A stretch of 64,000 bases of DNA from Gammaproteobacteria bacterium (GCA_032250735.1 JAVVEP010000008.1:1775-65774), one strand, 5' to 3'; counted from the first letter of the stretch, positions 18,392-29,865 are shown. Notes: generated by a model not told the origin, from the sequence alone. Made by a program: numbers and translations.

Positions 18392-19462
18392 ATGATACCG
18401 CTTACCGCCAACCTTTGTCAGTCACCCGCCCCTGAAACGGGTGAAATCGCGCCCGATAGCCTTTGGCAACAGGAGCTCGCACAGGCCATCAAATGCCCCG
18501 CCGAGCTGCTCGCCAGGCTAGGGCTCAGCGCCGACGCGATCCCCGCCGGGATTGATCTGGACCAGCCCTTTCCGCTGCGGGTGCCCCGTGGCTATGTGGC
18601 CCGCATGCGGCCGGGGGATCCGCACGATCCCCTGCTGCTGCAGGTTTTACCCCGCCAGCTGGAGGCGGCGCTTCAGCCCGCCTTTCTTCGCGACCCCGTC
18701 GGCGACGCGGCGGCGGTGGCCAGCCCCGGCCTGCTGCACAAATACCATGGCCGGGTGTTGCTGATCACCACCGGCGCCTGTCCCATCCATTGTCGCTACT
18801 GTTTCCGGCGCCATTTTCCCTATGCCGATAATCGGCCGGATGATCGCCATTGGCAGGCCGCCATCGATTACATTGCGCGCCATCCGGACATCAACGAGGT
18901 CATTCTCAGCGGCGGCGACCCGCTGTCCCTGAGCACCCGGCGACTGGCCGACATCAGCACGGCGCTGCGCGATATCCCGCACCTACGGCGGCTACGCATC
19001 CACACCCGCATGCCCATCGTGCTGCCCTCACGAATTGATGACGCGTTTTTGCGGTGGCTGGCCGACCTGCCCTGGCAGACGGTGCTGGTCACCCACTGCA
19101 ATCACGCCAATGAGTTGGGCGACGAGGTGCAATGCGCCCTCGGCAAGATACGCCAGCTCGGCGTCACCCTGCTGAATCAGTCGGTGCTGCTGAGGGCGGT
19201 GAACGACCAGGTCGACCGGCTCTGCGCCCTCAGCGAGGCCCTGTTTGCCTGCGGTGTACTGCCCTATTATTTGCACCTGCTGGACCGGGTGCAGGGTGCC
19301 GCCCATTTTGAGGTCGATGAACCCACCGCCCAGCAGCTGATTGACGGCGTGCGCCGGCGCCTGCCGGGATTCCTGGTGCCGCAGTTAGTGCGCGAAACGG
19401 CGGGCGAACCCTATAAGGTGCCCCTGTATTTATGCCCCGGCGGGGTCACCGAAATAACCTGA
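18392..19462 (+). CDS. epmB: EF-P beta-lysylation lysine 2,3-aminomutase (radical SAM)
   Basis: [11 protein letters not shown] radical-SAM CxxxCxxC. Divergent from efp. Confidence 0.9.
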   Translation: MIPLTANLCQSPAPETGEIAPDSLWQQELAQAIKCPAELLARLGLSADAIPAGIDLDQPFPLRVPRGYVARMRPGDPHDPLLLQVLPRQLEAALQPAFLRDPVGDAAAVASPGLLHKYHGRVLLITTGACPIHCRYCFRRHFPYADNRPDDRHWQAAIDYIARHPDINEVILSGGDPLSLSTRRLADISTALRDIPHLRRLRIHTRMPIVLPSRIDDAFLRWLADLPWQTVLVTHCNHANELGDEVQCALGKIRQLGVTLLNQSVLLRAVNDQVDRLCALSEALFACGVLPYYLHLLDRVQGAAHFEVDEPTAQQLIDGVRRRLPGFLVPQLVRETAGEPYKVPLYLCPGGVTEIT

Positions 19463-19662
19463 AACAAATCGCCTAAGACACTGAGCCACAACTAAAGTAC
19501 AGTCCGCAATGGCCGCAATGTATTCCGAGAACCGCCGTTTAAAGAGCCGATATCCACATTGGCTCCCGCACGATGGTGTTTTAACGGCGGCATCGTATAC
19601 TCTCGGCCGATATTTATGGCCGGTTTCAGAACATCAACACGTATCATGATTTAGGAGCAGAT

Positions 19663-21534
19663 GTGGCTAGCAACATGCCCGAGGGATTACTCAATATCCC
19701 GGAACAATCCAGGCCCACCGCAGATTCCTTCGAGACGCGCCCCAAACAGGTCGAGGCCTGGATTGCGGCGCTGCCGATGGCGAATACGGGCGAGAGCGCT
19801 CGCCGTATCTATAGCGCCCTGCGTGAAATGAATCGGCTGGTCGTCTCCCCGCAGGATCGTTACAGGACCATGGAGCTGTTACGCGGCCCGGTTCACCAGA
19901 TCACCGAGGTGCTGAAAAAACATTACATCAATCAAAATCTGCCGCTGTCGCCCAAAAATCAGAAAATTGCGGAACTGGCCATCCAGCTCAATTCCGAAAT
20001 GGCCCTGGCCTACAAGATCGTCATCCACGACAAACTGGAGAAAACCTTTTCAAGTCTGAGCAGCAAAACGCTCGCCATGTGCCTGCACCGCGCCATCCGA
20101 TATCTCAGCGACGTCCTGCTCTGCGCCTATAAGATTTATATCCAGCACCCGGAAAATGTCTGGCTGCAGATACACCGCCTGTATCTGTACGCCGAGAGCC
20201 ACAACCTGCACACCCAGCTGATAAAGGATCATGTCGCACCGGAGGTGTTCCGCGACGGCACGATTGCGGATATCTACAAACAGATACTCCTGCTGGCTCT
20301 GGCCGGCCCCTACCGACTCCGTCAGCATGTCACCGAGGCGGTGTACGTTGCGCTGGAAGACTGGGTTTCCACTGCCCGCATATTGCCCTATGGGGAAATA
20401 CAGGACGACACCTACGCCTTCACCATCGGCATGAACACTGACGCCGCACCCGGTTATTTCCGGGATGACGGCACGATCAACCCCGCCTTTTGCCGCACCA
20501 TTGACACCAGCGAACTCGCTCAGAAAGTAACCCAGGCCTTACTGTCTGCAGACAGCCTGTCACAGAAAATACCCGAGGATGTCTTAAAGCGATTATTAAT
20601 GACCTGGAGCGGAAAATCGCATCGCACCTTTCCCCGCACATCAAAAAATAATGAAATTGCGATCACCATGGGGCTGAGCGCAACCCACCATTACATTGAT
20701 GAAATCATTCGCCCGTTATTAAAAGACCCGACAGCCACCTGCCCCTCAGCAACCGACGCCTTGCAGTCCGGACAGTCCATTACCACGGTAACGGATGGAG
20801 AGGAAGACTTCGTGTTAGGCGAACGCGCCCGCTACACCAGCACCCCCGTATTCGGCATCAGCAACCTGGATGACCATACCCCGGATGTCTGGGATCCCGA
20901 CTTCACCTATCGGGTCAATAATCCAATCTATGCCTTCAACAACACGGATACCATTTTACTGAACACCGAGGACAAATCCTCGCTATATGCCTACACCCCC
21001 CTGCCCTGCAAAGGCATCAACGAAAGCGCGGGTGGATATTGCCTACTGGGCTATCTGGTTTATGGAAAAGATTCGCAAAAGGTCCAGGTCGGCGAATTGG
21101 TAGGCATTCGTGACAACCTGGAATCGAACAGCACGCAACTCAGCATCGGGATTATCCGGCGCATCAAAAACTGGAAAAATGGCCTGGAACTTGGCATTCA
21201 GAAGCTTGCGCCCTGCGCAGATGCCATTGCCCTGTCGCCCGTTCCAAAAGGTAATGAAAGCGAGAAATATCAGCGTAGCCTGGTGTTGCCAAAATTATCC
21301 GCCATCGATCAGCCGGCCACCTTGATCACCTACGCCTGGCAACAGACTAACGACAAACTGATCGCCAATGTACACGGCCATCGCACCACCATACAATTGA
21401 CTAAACAATTAGAGAGCACCGGTGTATTCTCACAATTTGAATTCACCGTGCTCGAGAACCAGCAAGACAACAAGAAAAATACTCTGGCAACAGAAACCGG
21501 CGACCAGTTCAACGATGTGTGGAAGCTCATCTGA
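19663..21534 (+). CDS. large hypothetical protein, paralog of 24760..26670, C-terminal PilZ-like NESAGG motif
   Basis: 623 aa. N-terminal region alignable by eye with the other paralog (…R..Y..LRE…ME…I…Y…LP…A..I…MAYK). Lower GC than backbone. Confidence 0.6.
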   Translation: MASNMPEGLLNIPEQSRPTADSFETRPKQVEAWIAALPMANTGESARRIYSALREMNRLVVSPQDRYRTMELLRGPVHQITEVLKKHYINQNLPLSPKNQKIAELAIQLNSEMALAYKIVIHDKLEKTFSSLSSKTLAMCLHRAIRYLSDVLLCAYKIYIQHPENVWLQIHRLYLYAESHNLHTQLIKDHVAPEVFRDGTIADIYKQILLLALAGPYRLRQHVTEAVYVALEDWVSTARILPYGEIQDDTYAFTIGMNTDAAPGYFRDDGTINPAFCRTIDTSELAQKVTQALLSADSLSQKIPEDVLKRLLMTWSGKSHRTFPRTSKNNEIAITMGLSATHHYIDEIIRPLLKDPTATCPSATDALQSGQSITTVTDGEEDFVLGERARYTSTPVFGISNLDDHTPDVWDPDFTYRVNNPIYAFNNTDTILLNTEDKSSLYAYTPLPCKGINESAGGYCLLGYLVYGKDSQKVQVGELVGIRDNLESNSTQLSIGIIRRIKNWKNGLELGIQKLAPCADAIALSPVPKGNESEKYQRSLVLPKLSAIDQPATLITYAWQQTNDKLIANVHGHRTTIQLTKQLESTGVFSQFEFTVLENQQDNKKNTLATETGDQFNDVWKLI

Positions 21535-21575
21535 GGGTCTCCACACAGCCACTACATTATTTTTAGGAGCAGCTA

Positions 21576-23651
21576 TTGGATAACGGGAATGTCATCCGTC
21601 CACTCATTCTGGAAGACTCGGCAAACGAGGCCGAGGCTCTGGCAAGCGCCCTGCGCAACGTAGGCTATGCGGTGCGTTACAAGCACATTGAGGACGCAGA
21701 GGACCTGCAGGAGGCCTTGGAAGCCCAAAGCTGGGATATATTGTTAGCCGCGCAACAGGTCGGCGATTTTACCGCCACCCAGGCCCTGTCCATCATCAAG
21801 CAAAGCGGCAAGGACGTTCCCTGCGTCATCATGGGCAACGAACACGCCGACACTCTCATTACCGAGGCAATGCGCGCCGGTGCTGCCGACTTCGTCTCCA
21901 GCGAGACGCAGGACCACCTGCTGCTCGTTATCGAAAGGGAAATCGCCAATCTGCGCGAACGTCGCGCACATCGCCATTGCAGAGGCCTCTATAACGAAAG
22001 CGAGAAGCGTAACCGTGTGCTACTTGACAGCTCACGCGACCCCATCGCCTACATTCATGAGGGCATGCATATCTATGCCAACCAGAGTTATCAGGAAATC
22101 TTTGGTTATCCCGAGATCGAGGAACTTGAAAGTGTGCCGATCCTGGATCTGATCGCCAGTGATGACCAGCAGAGCTTCAAGGAGGTGCTGCGCAGCATCA
22201 ATAACGACCAGCCCCCGGAAGAGACCATCGAATACCGGGCCGTGCGTGAAGATGGCGAGGTGTTTATCGCCACCATGGGATTCTCCCGCGCCAGCATCGA
22301 TGGCGAATCCTGCACCCAGGTGATGATTCACCGCAAGAACGATAACAAGGCGCTGGAAAACGAGATTCAGCAGTTGCGCCAGCAGGATTTGCTGACCGGC
22401 CTGTACAATCACCAATATTTTATGGAGCAGGTTCAGGCCGCGGTCAACCTCGCCCACCAGAGCGAGGAAAGATGTGCGCTTTTGTATATCGAGCCTGACA
22501 ACTTCAAGGGCATAAAAGACACCCTGGGCATCGCGGAGAGCGACCTTGTATTGACTGACATCGCCGCATTCATTCGTGAAAAAATGCCGGAAGATGCCGT
22601 GATTGCCCGCTATGCCGGCACCATTTTTTCTGTCCTGCTCTGCGGCCCATCCTACAAAAAGGCCGAACAACTCGCCAACAGCATCTGTGCCGGTCTGGCG
22701 GAGAAGATATTCGAGGTCGAAGGAAAGACAGTCACCACCAGCTGTAGCGTGGGCATTTCGACCATCTCCGAAACCACCCCGGACGCCAAAAAGGCCATCG
22801 CGCAAACCGAACTGGCGGCCCAGTCTGCCAAACAGAGCAATGGCAACCAGGTGCATACCTTCACCGTGGAAGATGAGCTCGCCACCCAGGAAGCGGATAA
22901 GCGCGTCATCACGCTGATAAACCTGGCACTCAAGGACAATCGTTTCACCCTGCAGTATCAGCCCATTGTCAGCCTGCACGCCGAACCCGGCGAACGCTAT
23001 GAGGTGTTACTGCGGCTGCTGGACCATGACAACACCCTCATCATGCCTGCCGACTTCATTCCCATCGCCAAACAGGCAGGGATGATGGTGGAAATTGACA
23101 AGTGGGTCATCAAGAGTGCCGCCCGGGCAATGCTGGATAAACGCAAAGTGGGCAAGGAGATCCAGTTCTTTATCAAACTGTCCTCTGACTCCCTGCGCGA
23201 GCCCAGCCTGCTGGTGTGGGTCAGCAAACTATTGCAGGCCGCGCGGCTGCATGGCGACAGTCTGGTATTTGAAGTCAGCGAGCAGGACGTACAGGAAAAC
23301 CTCAAGGCCGCCAAAACCTTTTCGGACGGTCTCAAGCAACTGCACTGCAATCTGGCCATTGACCATGCCGGAAAGGACTCTAGCGACCTGGGCTACATGA
23401 AGCACCTGAACCTGCGTTATCTCAAGATCGATGGCAGCCATATCACCAATGTCACCAGCGAAGAAAGCCAGGAGGTTATCAAGACCATTGCGGAAGTGGC
23501 GCGCAGCAAAAACGTACTGACCATTGCAGAACACGTGCAAGACCCCGCCTGCCTCGCGGTGCTGTGGCAACACGGGGTCAACTTCATTCAGGGACATTAC
23601 CTGCAACACCCTGAAGGCAACCTGAACTATGATTTTTCCAGCAATGAATAG
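21576..23651 (+). CDS. FimX-like REC-PAS-GGDEF-EAL protein with degenerate GGDEF (AGTIF) and EVL-type EAL
   Basis: 691 aa, TTG start. REC N-terminus, PAS, RYAGTIF in place of GGDEF, EAL domain YQPIVSL...ERYEVLLR with IDHAGKDSS in place of DDFGTG. Architecture and degeneracy mirror P. aeruginosa FimX. Confidence 0.8.
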   Translation: MDNGNVIRPLILEDSANEAEALASALRNVGYAVRYKHIEDAEDLQEALEAQSWDILLAAQQVGDFTATQALSIIKQSGKDVPCVIMGNEHADTLITEAMRAGAADFVSSETQDHLLLVIEREIANLRERRAHRHCRGLYNESEKRNRVLLDSSRDPIAYIHEGMHIYANQSYQEIFGYPEIEELESVPILDLIASDDQQSFKEVLRSINNDQPPEETIEYRAVREDGEVFIATMGFSRASIDGESCTQVMIHRKNDNKALENEIQQLRQQDLLTGLYNHQYFMEQVQAAVNLAHQSEERCALLYIEPDNFKGIKDTLGIAESDLVLTDIAAFIREKMPEDAVIARYAGTIFSVLLCGPSYKKAEQLANSICAGLAEKIFEVEGKTVTTSCSVGISTISETTPDAKKAIAQTELAAQSAKQSNGNQVHTFTVEDELATQEADKRVITLINLALKDNRFTLQYQPIVSLHAEPGERYEVLLRLLDHDNTLIMPADFIPIAKQAGMMVEIDKWVIKSAARAMLDKRKVGKEIQFFIKLSSDSLREPSLLVWVSKLLQAARLHGDSLVFEVSEQDVQENLKAAKTFSDGLKQLHCNLAIDHAGKDSSDLGYMKHLNLRYLKIDGSHITNVTSEESQEVIKTIAEVARSKNVLTIAEHVQDPACLAVLWQHGVNFIQGHYLQHPEGNLNYDFSSNE

Positions 23652-23710
23652 GGCGGGATTATAGAGATAGGAACCGCAGGCCAACCGCTATAACCAGCCG
23701 CTATAAACAA

Positions 23711-23746
23711 AGGCGCCAACTCGATGAGCTGGCGCCTTTTTTGATA
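23711..23746. terminator. bidirectional intrinsic terminator
   Basis: aaaggcgccaactcgatgagctggcgccttttttga between convergent fimX-like and htpX. Confidence 0.75.
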
Positions 23747-23813
23747 TTCAGGAAACGATTTTCAGCGGCCTGTTTTCAGTGACCAGAGCAGTGCAGGCCT
23801 GCCTGCCTGCCGC

Positions 23814-24698
23814 TTATAGCTGGTTGCGTAACGCCGCAATGCGCTCTTCCAGAGGCGGGTGCGACATAAACAGACGGCTCAGTCCACGACCCACACCACC
23901 GGAGATACCGAAGGCCGCCAGCTGATCGGGAAGATGCGGCTGATTCACACCCTGGCGCAACTTTTCCAGCGCGGCGATCATTTTCTGCGGACTGCTTAAT
24001 TGCGCACTGCCGGCATCTGCGCGGAATTCCCGCTTGCGGCTGAACCACATCACGATAATGCTGGCCAGGATGCCCAGCACCATCTGCGCCACAATGGTGG
24101 TGATCCAGAATGCCGGACCATGACCACGCTCGGACTTGAACACCACCCGATCCACCAGGTGGCCAATCACCCGTGACAGGAAAATCACAAAGGTGTTAAC
24201 AACGCCCTGTATCAGCGCCAGCGTGATCATGTCGCCATTGGCCACATGGCTGACCTCATGCGCCAGCACTGCCTCCGCCTCATCCTCGCTCATGGCATTT
24301 AACAGCCCGGTACTCACGGCCACCAGGGCATTGTTGCGGGACATGCCCGTGGCAAAGGCATTGACGTCGGCGGCGTCATAGATCGCCACTTCCGGCATGC
24401 CGATACCGGCCGCCCGCGCCTGACGGGCCACCGTCTCCACCAGCCAGCGTTCCCGCGCATTGGCCGCCTGGGTAATGACCCGCGCGCCCGTGAAACGTTT
24501 GGCCGTCCATTTTGAAATGGCCAGCGACAACAGCGAACCGCCAAAGCCGAAGATAGCGGAAAACACCAGCAGGTTGTTGATATCCAGGCCAACCCCCTGC
24601 TCGTCCAGGATGCGGTCAACACCAAACAGGTGCAGGACGATACTCAGCACAAAAACAATCGCCAGGTTGGTGGCAAGGAACAAAAAAATGCGCTTCAT
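23814..24698 (-). CDS. htpX: zinc metalloprotease HtpX (M48)
   Basis: TM N-terminus; [12 protein letters not shown]xxH. Confidence 0.9.
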   Translation of the reverse strand: MKRIFLFLATNLAIVFVLSIVLHLFGVDRILDEQGVGLDINNLLVFSAIFGFGGSLLSLAISKWTAKRFTGARVITQAANARERWLVETVARQARAAGIGMPEVAIYDAADVNAFATGMSRNNALVAVSTGLLNAMSEDEAEAVLAHEVSHVANGDMITLALIQGVVNTFVIFLSRVIGHLVDRVVFKSERGHGPAFWITTIVAQMVLGILASIIVMWFSRKREFRADAGSAQLSSPQKMIAALEKLRQGVNQPHLPDQLAAFGISGGVGRGLSRLFMSHPPLEERIAALRNQL

Positions 24699-24759
24699 AA
24701 TGAAGACTCCAGGGTATCAGTTTATTGACAGCGTATTAGTGGGATTCATCCGGAGGATT

Positions 24760-26670
24760 TCAAGTGGGCGACCCCACAGAGAGAGACTCGCCAGCGTGGC
24801 CATGGTTCAGTCGATAGATCACGAATTCGCGCTGCAACTGCACCAGTTCGGCGATTTCGGTGGCCTGCCGGTTTTCACCCGATTCGACCTGAATCGCGGT
24901 CCCCGGCGACAGTCGATGACTGTGGTGCAAAATCAGCTGCGAGGTCTTGCCATCGGCATGTCCGGCATCGGCTCGCTTTTCCACGCGACTGTGCAGCAGG
25001 ATCGCCGGCAGGGCCATATCGTTTTTGCTGAGAAAGTCGCTCTGCACCGCGGTAGCCTCCGCTTGGTGGGAGAGGATACGAATCGTGACCTCGATCTCCT
25101 TATTGAGCTTGCGATGCAGACGCACCACATAACCCAGTGTCGGCTTTTTCAGTGCCTCGCGCGAAAACCCAAAAGCCACCAGCTGACCGATGAACAGCGC
25201 GGTAGTGAACTGGGATTCCCGCGTCTTCATATGCACGCCGCCGGCACTCTTGTCCATCACAAACCACTGACCGAATTCACTCGCCTCAAGGTCCGACGCA
25301 ATCAGGGCTGAACGGCCGGCCAGGGCATCACGCAGATCATGTCCCTCTACTGGCACATCAGTGGCTTCAATCTCCTGCGCGGCCATATCCACCAGCAACT
25401 TGTAGACCGACATGAAACCGTTATACACATACAGTATTTTCTGACCGATGGTGTATTCGCGCGGTTGTTTGCGCTGCTTCAACTGCATGCCGTCACACAT
25501 GGCATCGATCGTCAGCAGGTTGGTTAAATCATCCTGATCCGTGACCTTGCCGCTGGCTTTTTCATCGTCCTCAACGACGGTGGACGCCTCCAGACGTTTC
25601 AACAGCTTCTGGTGTTCCGCCAGCAACACTGCATCCAGCGGCGAGACATCGACAATAATCGCCCGCAGGTCCCCGGTCGTTAAGGCGGCTGCCGCTGCCT
25701 CTCCCCCATGCTCCGCCAGCCCTTTCTGTTGCAGCGCAAGATAACGGGCATCCTGACGTTTAAAATAGGCGGGACAGTCCTGGCCGAAATAGATGAGTAT
25801 TTTACCGCGGGCCAGTTGCTTTCCATGATCGGGAATAATCGTAATCGAGTCGACCACGCGGGCGATCTGCGCGTCCACTACATGCAGTTTTTGCGAGGAG
25901 ATCGTATTGCTGTCCAGCAGGCCGTTAATCTGGATCGAGAGATAGACAATGTTCATCGACACCATGGTCGGCACGCGTCGCTCCAGCGCATTGGCCTTTC
26001 TATCCAGCGTCAGCTGCAGGCAATCCAGGGCCTGGTACTGGGCGTCCATGTCTTCGCACTGCGACACGGCGAAAAATATCCGGTTACAGTCCCGCCATGC
26101 CCTGGCCGGCAGCTTCTGATAGCGCATGGCGCGCAGGCGCTGTTCCATGCGGATCAATTCCAGCACCCGCAGGGCCTGTTGCCGGACCCGCTCCCGCACG
26201 CGGACATAACGCGCGTCGGACAGGGCAAAATCCAGATTCAACTGACGCTTGTAGGCCATCCCCAATTGGCCACACACATTAATCGCCGCCACCAGGCCTT
26301 CACGCCGGTCGTGCGGTTCCGGCAGGGCCTCGGTTTTATAATATTCCGAATAGATTTTGCGGATCGCCGGGCAGGCATACTGCATCACAGACTCCACCCA
26401 TTGCCGACGTTTGCTGTCGGCGACACGTTCGTTATTGATACGCTGCAAATAACGGTCAATTTCGCGCAGCAACTCGATGGGGTGGTCATTCAACTCACGC
26501 CAGCTGTCCGGCGGAGCGTCCAGTTTATCCGTCTGCGAAAGCAGGCGTCGGCGACTGGCGCGCAACACAGGTACCTCTAACTTTAATTCGATCGTACGAG
26601 GCGCAACGGTTTCCCCCTTGCTTTCCGCAAGCGACAGCCAGCTGCGCCATTGGGACCAGTCATACGTCAT
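24760..26670 (-). CDS. large hypothetical protein, paralog of 19663..21534, C-terminal PilZ-like DKSAGG motif
   Basis: 636 aa. ...RDALAGRSALIASDLEASEFGQWFVMDKSAGGVHMK... aligns with the NESAGG region of the paralog. Starts 10 nt downstream of the parC stop. Confidence 0.6.
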   Translation of the reverse strand: MTYDWSQWRSWLSLAESKGETVAPRTIELKLEVPVLRASRRRLLSQTDKLDAPPDSWRELNDHPIELLREIDRYLQRINNERVADSKRRQWVESVMQYACPAIRKIYSEYYKTEALPEPHDRREGLVAAINVCGQLGMAYKRQLNLDFALSDARYVRVRERVRQQALRVLELIRMEQRLRAMRYQKLPARAWRDCNRIFFAVSQCEDMDAQYQALDCLQLTLDRKANALERRVPTMVSMNIVYLSIQINGLLDSNTISSQKLHVVDAQIARVVDSITIIPDHGKQLARGKILIYFGQDCPAYFKRQDARYLALQQKGLAEHGGEAAAAALTTGDLRAIIVDVSPLDAVLLAEHQKLLKRLEASTVVEDDEKASGKVTDQDDLTNLLTIDAMCDGMQLKQRKQPREYTIGQKILYVYNGFMSVYKLLVDMAAQEIEATDVPVEGHDLRDALAGRSALIASDLEASEFGQWFVMDKSAGGVHMKTRESQFTTALFIGQLVAFGFSREALKKPTLGYVVRLHRKLNKEIEVTIRILSHQAEATAVQSDFLSKNDMALPAILLHSRVEKRADAGHADGKTSQLILHHSHRLSPGTAIQVESGENRQATEIAELVQLQREFVIYRLNHGHAGESLSVGSPT

Positions 26671-26680
26671 TCACTAAGTC

Positions 26681-28972
26681 TCATTCACCGGTTGACGTTG
26701 CATCAGTCACCGCATTGGCCGCAAGGTTGGCCGACAAACCATCCACGCGCTGGAACCCCCGCGGCAGTTTCGCGCCGCGCCGGCCACGCTCCCCGGCATA
26801 ATGTTCAAGATCTTTCGGCTTGAGGGTCAGATGACGCTTGCCGGAATGAATCGTCAGACTGCCGCCGAGCGGCACCACGGCCATGCCCACCACAAACTCC
26901 TCGCGCGTCGCCACCTTGGCCGGCGGGATGCCGATAATCCTGTTGCCTTTACCCTTGGCCATCTCCGGCAGTTCCTGCAAGGGGATCATCAACATGCGCC
27001 CCTCGGTGGTCACCGCCACAATACGATCCGTCGCGACATCGGTCACCGCGCCGGCCGGCAAGACCCGCGCCCCCTTGGGCAGGTTCAGCAGCGCCTTGCC
27101 CGACTTGTTTTTCGCGTACATATTTTCCAGCTGGGTGACAAAGCCATAACCGGCATCGCTGGCCAGCAGATAACGGTCACTGCCCTTGCCGGCCAATACA
27201 TCGACAAAACCTGCCGCATCCGGTGGGGTGACGCGCCCTGTCAACGGTTCACCCTGGCCGCGCGCCGATGGCAGTGTGTGCGCGGCTATGGAATACGAAC
27301 GCCCGCTGGCATCGAGGAACACCACCAGCTGATTACTGCGCCCGCAGGCCGCGGCCCTGAAGTCGTCGCCGGACTTGTAGTTCAGCGCTCGGCCATCCAC
27401 ATCGTGGCCCTTGGCGGCACGTATCCAGCCCTTCTCCGACAGCACCACGGTGACCGGTTCCGCGCTGATCAAGGCGGTCTCGTCCAGCGCCTGCGCCGCC
27501 TCACGCGCAACGATGGGCGAACGCCGCTCGTCGCCGTACTCCTCTGCATCGGCGATCAGCTCCTTGCGCACCAGGGTTTTCAGTCGTGCACTGGAGCCCA
27601 GGGTCTTTTCCAGTTGGTCACGTTCCGCCGCCAGCTCTTCCTGCTCGGCGCGAATCTTCATCTCTTCCAGCCGCGCCAGCTGCCGCAACTTGGTATCGAG
27701 GATATATTCCGCCTGCTCCTCGCTGAGCTTGAAGCGCTTGATCAGCACCGGCTTAGGTTCGTCCTCGCTGCGGACGATACGGATCACCTCGTCCAGATTG
27801 AGGAAGGCGATTAGCAAGCCATCCAGCAGGTGGAGCCGACGAATGACCTTCTCCAGGCGGTATTCCAGACGACGACGCACCGTGTCGGTACGGAACACCA
27901 GCCATTCCTTCAGCAGCGTGCGCAGGTCCTTCACCTGCGGCCGACCGTCCAGGCCGATGACGTTCATGTTGACGCGATAGGTCCGTTCAAGATCCGTGGT
28001 GGCGAACAGATGCGCCATCAGCTCATCCAGATCGATGCGGTTGGAACGCGGCACGATCACCAGCCGGGTGGGATTTTCGTGATCGGACTCGTCACGCAGG
28101 TCTTCCACCATCGGCAGCTTCTTGGCGTTCATCTGCGCCGCAATCTGTTCCAGCACCCGGTTGCCCGACACCTGATGCGGCAGTGCCGTCACCACCACCG
28201 CGCCATCCTCCTTGATCCACACCGCCCGCATACGCACCGATCCGCCGCCCTTCTCGTACATGGCCTGCAACTCGCTGCGCGGAGTGATGATCTCCGCCTC
28301 GGTCGGATAATCCGGTCCCTGCACATGCTCACACAGTTCCGCCAGCGAGGCCTTGGGTTCATCCAGTAGATGCACGCAGGCGCTCACCACCTCGCGCAGA
28401 TTGTGCGGCGGGATATCCGTCGCCATACCCACAGCGATGCCAGTAGTCCCGTTCAACAACAGATTCGGCACCCGCGCCGGCAACATCGCCGGCTCTTCCA
28501 GGGTAGCGTCAAAATTCGGCACCCAGTCCACCGTACCCTGCCCCACTTCACTGAGCAGCAGATCCGCATAGCGGGCCAGACGTGACTCCGTGTAACGCAT
28601 CGCCGCGAAAGACTTGGGATCATCCTGCGCACCCCAGTTACCCTGACCGTCCACCAGCGGGTAACGGTAGGAGAACGGCTGCGCCATCAACACCATCGCC
28701 TCGTAACAGGCCGAGTCGCCGTGCGGGTGGAACTTGCCCAGCACGTCACCCACGGTACGCGCGGATTTTTTATACTTCGCCCCCGCCTTCAGACCCAGCT
28801 CGGACATGGCATAAATGATGCGCCGCTGCACCGGCTTCAGGCCGTCGCCGATGTGCGGCAGGGCGCGATCCAGGATCACGTACATGGAGTAGTTGAGGTA
28901 GGCGTTCTCAGTGAAGATGCTGAGGGGTTGTTGTTCGACGCCTTCGTAGTTTAGTTCTGTTGTTTCTGTCAT
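26681..28972 (-). CDS. parC: DNA topoisomerase IV subunit A
   Basis: 763 aa. [12 protein letters not shown]...HPHGDSA...MRYTE active-site Tyr region. Length fits ParC rather than GyrA. Confidence 0.9.
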   Translation of the reverse strand: MTETTELNYEGVEQQPLSIFTENAYLNYSMYVILDRALPHIGDGLKPVQRRIIYAMSELGLKAGAKYKKSARTVGDVLGKFHPHGDSACYEAMVLMAQPFSYRYPLVDGQGNWGAQDDPKSFAAMRYTESRLARYADLLLSEVGQGTVDWVPNFDATLEEPAMLPARVPNLLLNGTTGIAVGMATDIPPHNLREVVSACVHLLDEPKASLAELCEHVQGPDYPTEAEIITPRSELQAMYEKGGGSVRMRAVWIKEDGAVVVTALPHQVSGNRVLEQIAAQMNAKKLPMVEDLRDESDHENPTRLVIVPRSNRIDLDELMAHLFATTDLERTYRVNMNVIGLDGRPQVKDLRTLLKEWLVFRTDTVRRRLEYRLEKVIRRLHLLDGLLIAFLNLDEVIRIVRSEDEPKPVLIKRFKLSEEQAEYILDTKLRQLARLEEMKIRAEQEELAAERDQLEKTLGSSARLKTLVRKELIADAEEYGDERRSPIVAREAAQALDETALISAEPVTVVLSEKGWIRAAKGHDVDGRALNYKSGDDFRAAACGRSNQLVVFLDASGRSYSIAAHTLPSARGQGEPLTGRVTPPDAAGFVDVLAGKGSDRYLLASDAGYGFVTQLENMYAKNKSGKALLNLPKGARVLPAGAVTDVATDRIVAVTTEGRMLMIPLQELPEMAKGKGNRIIGIPPAKVATREEFVVGMAVVPLGGSLTIHSGKRHLTLKPKDLEHYAGERGRRGAKLPRGFQRVDGLSANLAANAVTDATSTGE

Positions 28973-29061
28973 TGTTTGATCTTTCGTTGGAAGCGGCAGG
29001 CAAATTCATTCTGCCCCGATAATTTTTTGATTTTCTTTCGATTCATTTAAAAAACAAACAA

Positions 29062-29448
29062 TCAAATTTTTCTGATGCTTTCTCTCACCCAGGGATGCAA
29101 GTGTTCTAAATCACAGGTATTAGAATCAAACAAACCCATCAAGAATCGGTGGGCGGCCTTTGCTTCAAGCTGAAATTTATATCCATTCATGCGGAGAAAT
29201 ACATCCGTCGCAAAAAAAGCGACTCGTTTGTTTCCATCAACAAAGGGATGATTCTTAATGAGAGACTCAAACATGGCCGCCGCCATTTCAACCAGGTCTT
29301 CATAGTAACCCGTTTGTGGTCGGTACAACGCGCTTTCAAGCAAGCCAAAATCACGCACCCCTGGCGGGCCGCCGAATCTTTCAATCAACACCACATGGAT
29401 TTCAACCACCTCATCCACGGATAAAAACTGAACAGACTTACTTGGCAA
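29062..29448 (-). CDS. Doc/Fic-family toxin
   Basis: HPFVDGNKR Fic motif. AT-rich cassette. Confidence 0.8.
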   Translation of the reverse strand: MPSKSVQFLSVDEVVEIHVVLIERFGGPPGVRDFGLLESALYRPQTGYYEDLVEMAAAMFESLIKNHPFVDGNKRVAFFATDVFLRMNGYKFQLEAKAAHRFLMGLFDSNTCDLEHLHPWVRESIRKI

Positions 29449-29650
29449 GAAGTTTACCTAATTCTTCATTTTCACGAATAGAATTATTGAGATGTGATTT
29501 AACAACCGGACGAACACGGCGACGACGAAGGTATTCGCTAATCGCCTCTGTCAGAAGACCCGAGACATTCTGATGGGATTCCCTGGCAACCGCCTTTAGC
29601 TCATCCCATACGGCCTCTTCGACTTTTGAACTGATTTTAATAGAAGGCAT
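29438..29650 (-). CDS. cognate antitoxin (Phd/RHH-like), overlaps toxin start
   Basis: 70 aa, overlaps doc by 11 nt. Basic C-terminus LRRRRVRPVV. Confidence 0.6.
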   Translation of the reverse strand: MPSIKISSKVEEAVWDELKAVARESHQNVSGLLTEAISEYLRRRRVRPVVKSHLNNSIRENEELGKLLAK

Positions 29651-29775
29651 CACGCAATCCTAGATACAGAGTATTGACATGTCAAGATATCAGAAATAAT
29701 CACTTTATAAACAGTCTGTTACACAAAACCAATAAAGGAAGCCTTGGGAGATGTAAGAGCTTCGATTTCTTTAGT

Positions 29776-29862
29776 TGAGCCAGGCGTTCTCCGTGAAGAT
29801 GCTGAGGACTTGTTGTTCGACGCCTTCGTAGTTTAGCTCTGTTGTTTCCGTCATTGCTCTGC
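29776..29862. repeat. ~87-bp duplicate of the parC 5' end (start codon plus first ~25 codons and RBS)
   Basis: gccaggcgttctccgtgaagatgctgaggacttgttgttcgacgccttcgtagtttagctctgttgtttccgtcat versus 28886-28972 at ~92% identity. Flanks the TA cassette as a direct repeat. Confidence 0.85.
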
Positions 29863-29865
29863 TTT

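Noticed and set aside
26801-28369. Several + strand ORFs (337, 189, 179 aa)
   Set aside because: All lie inside parC on the opposite strand, with no independent support.
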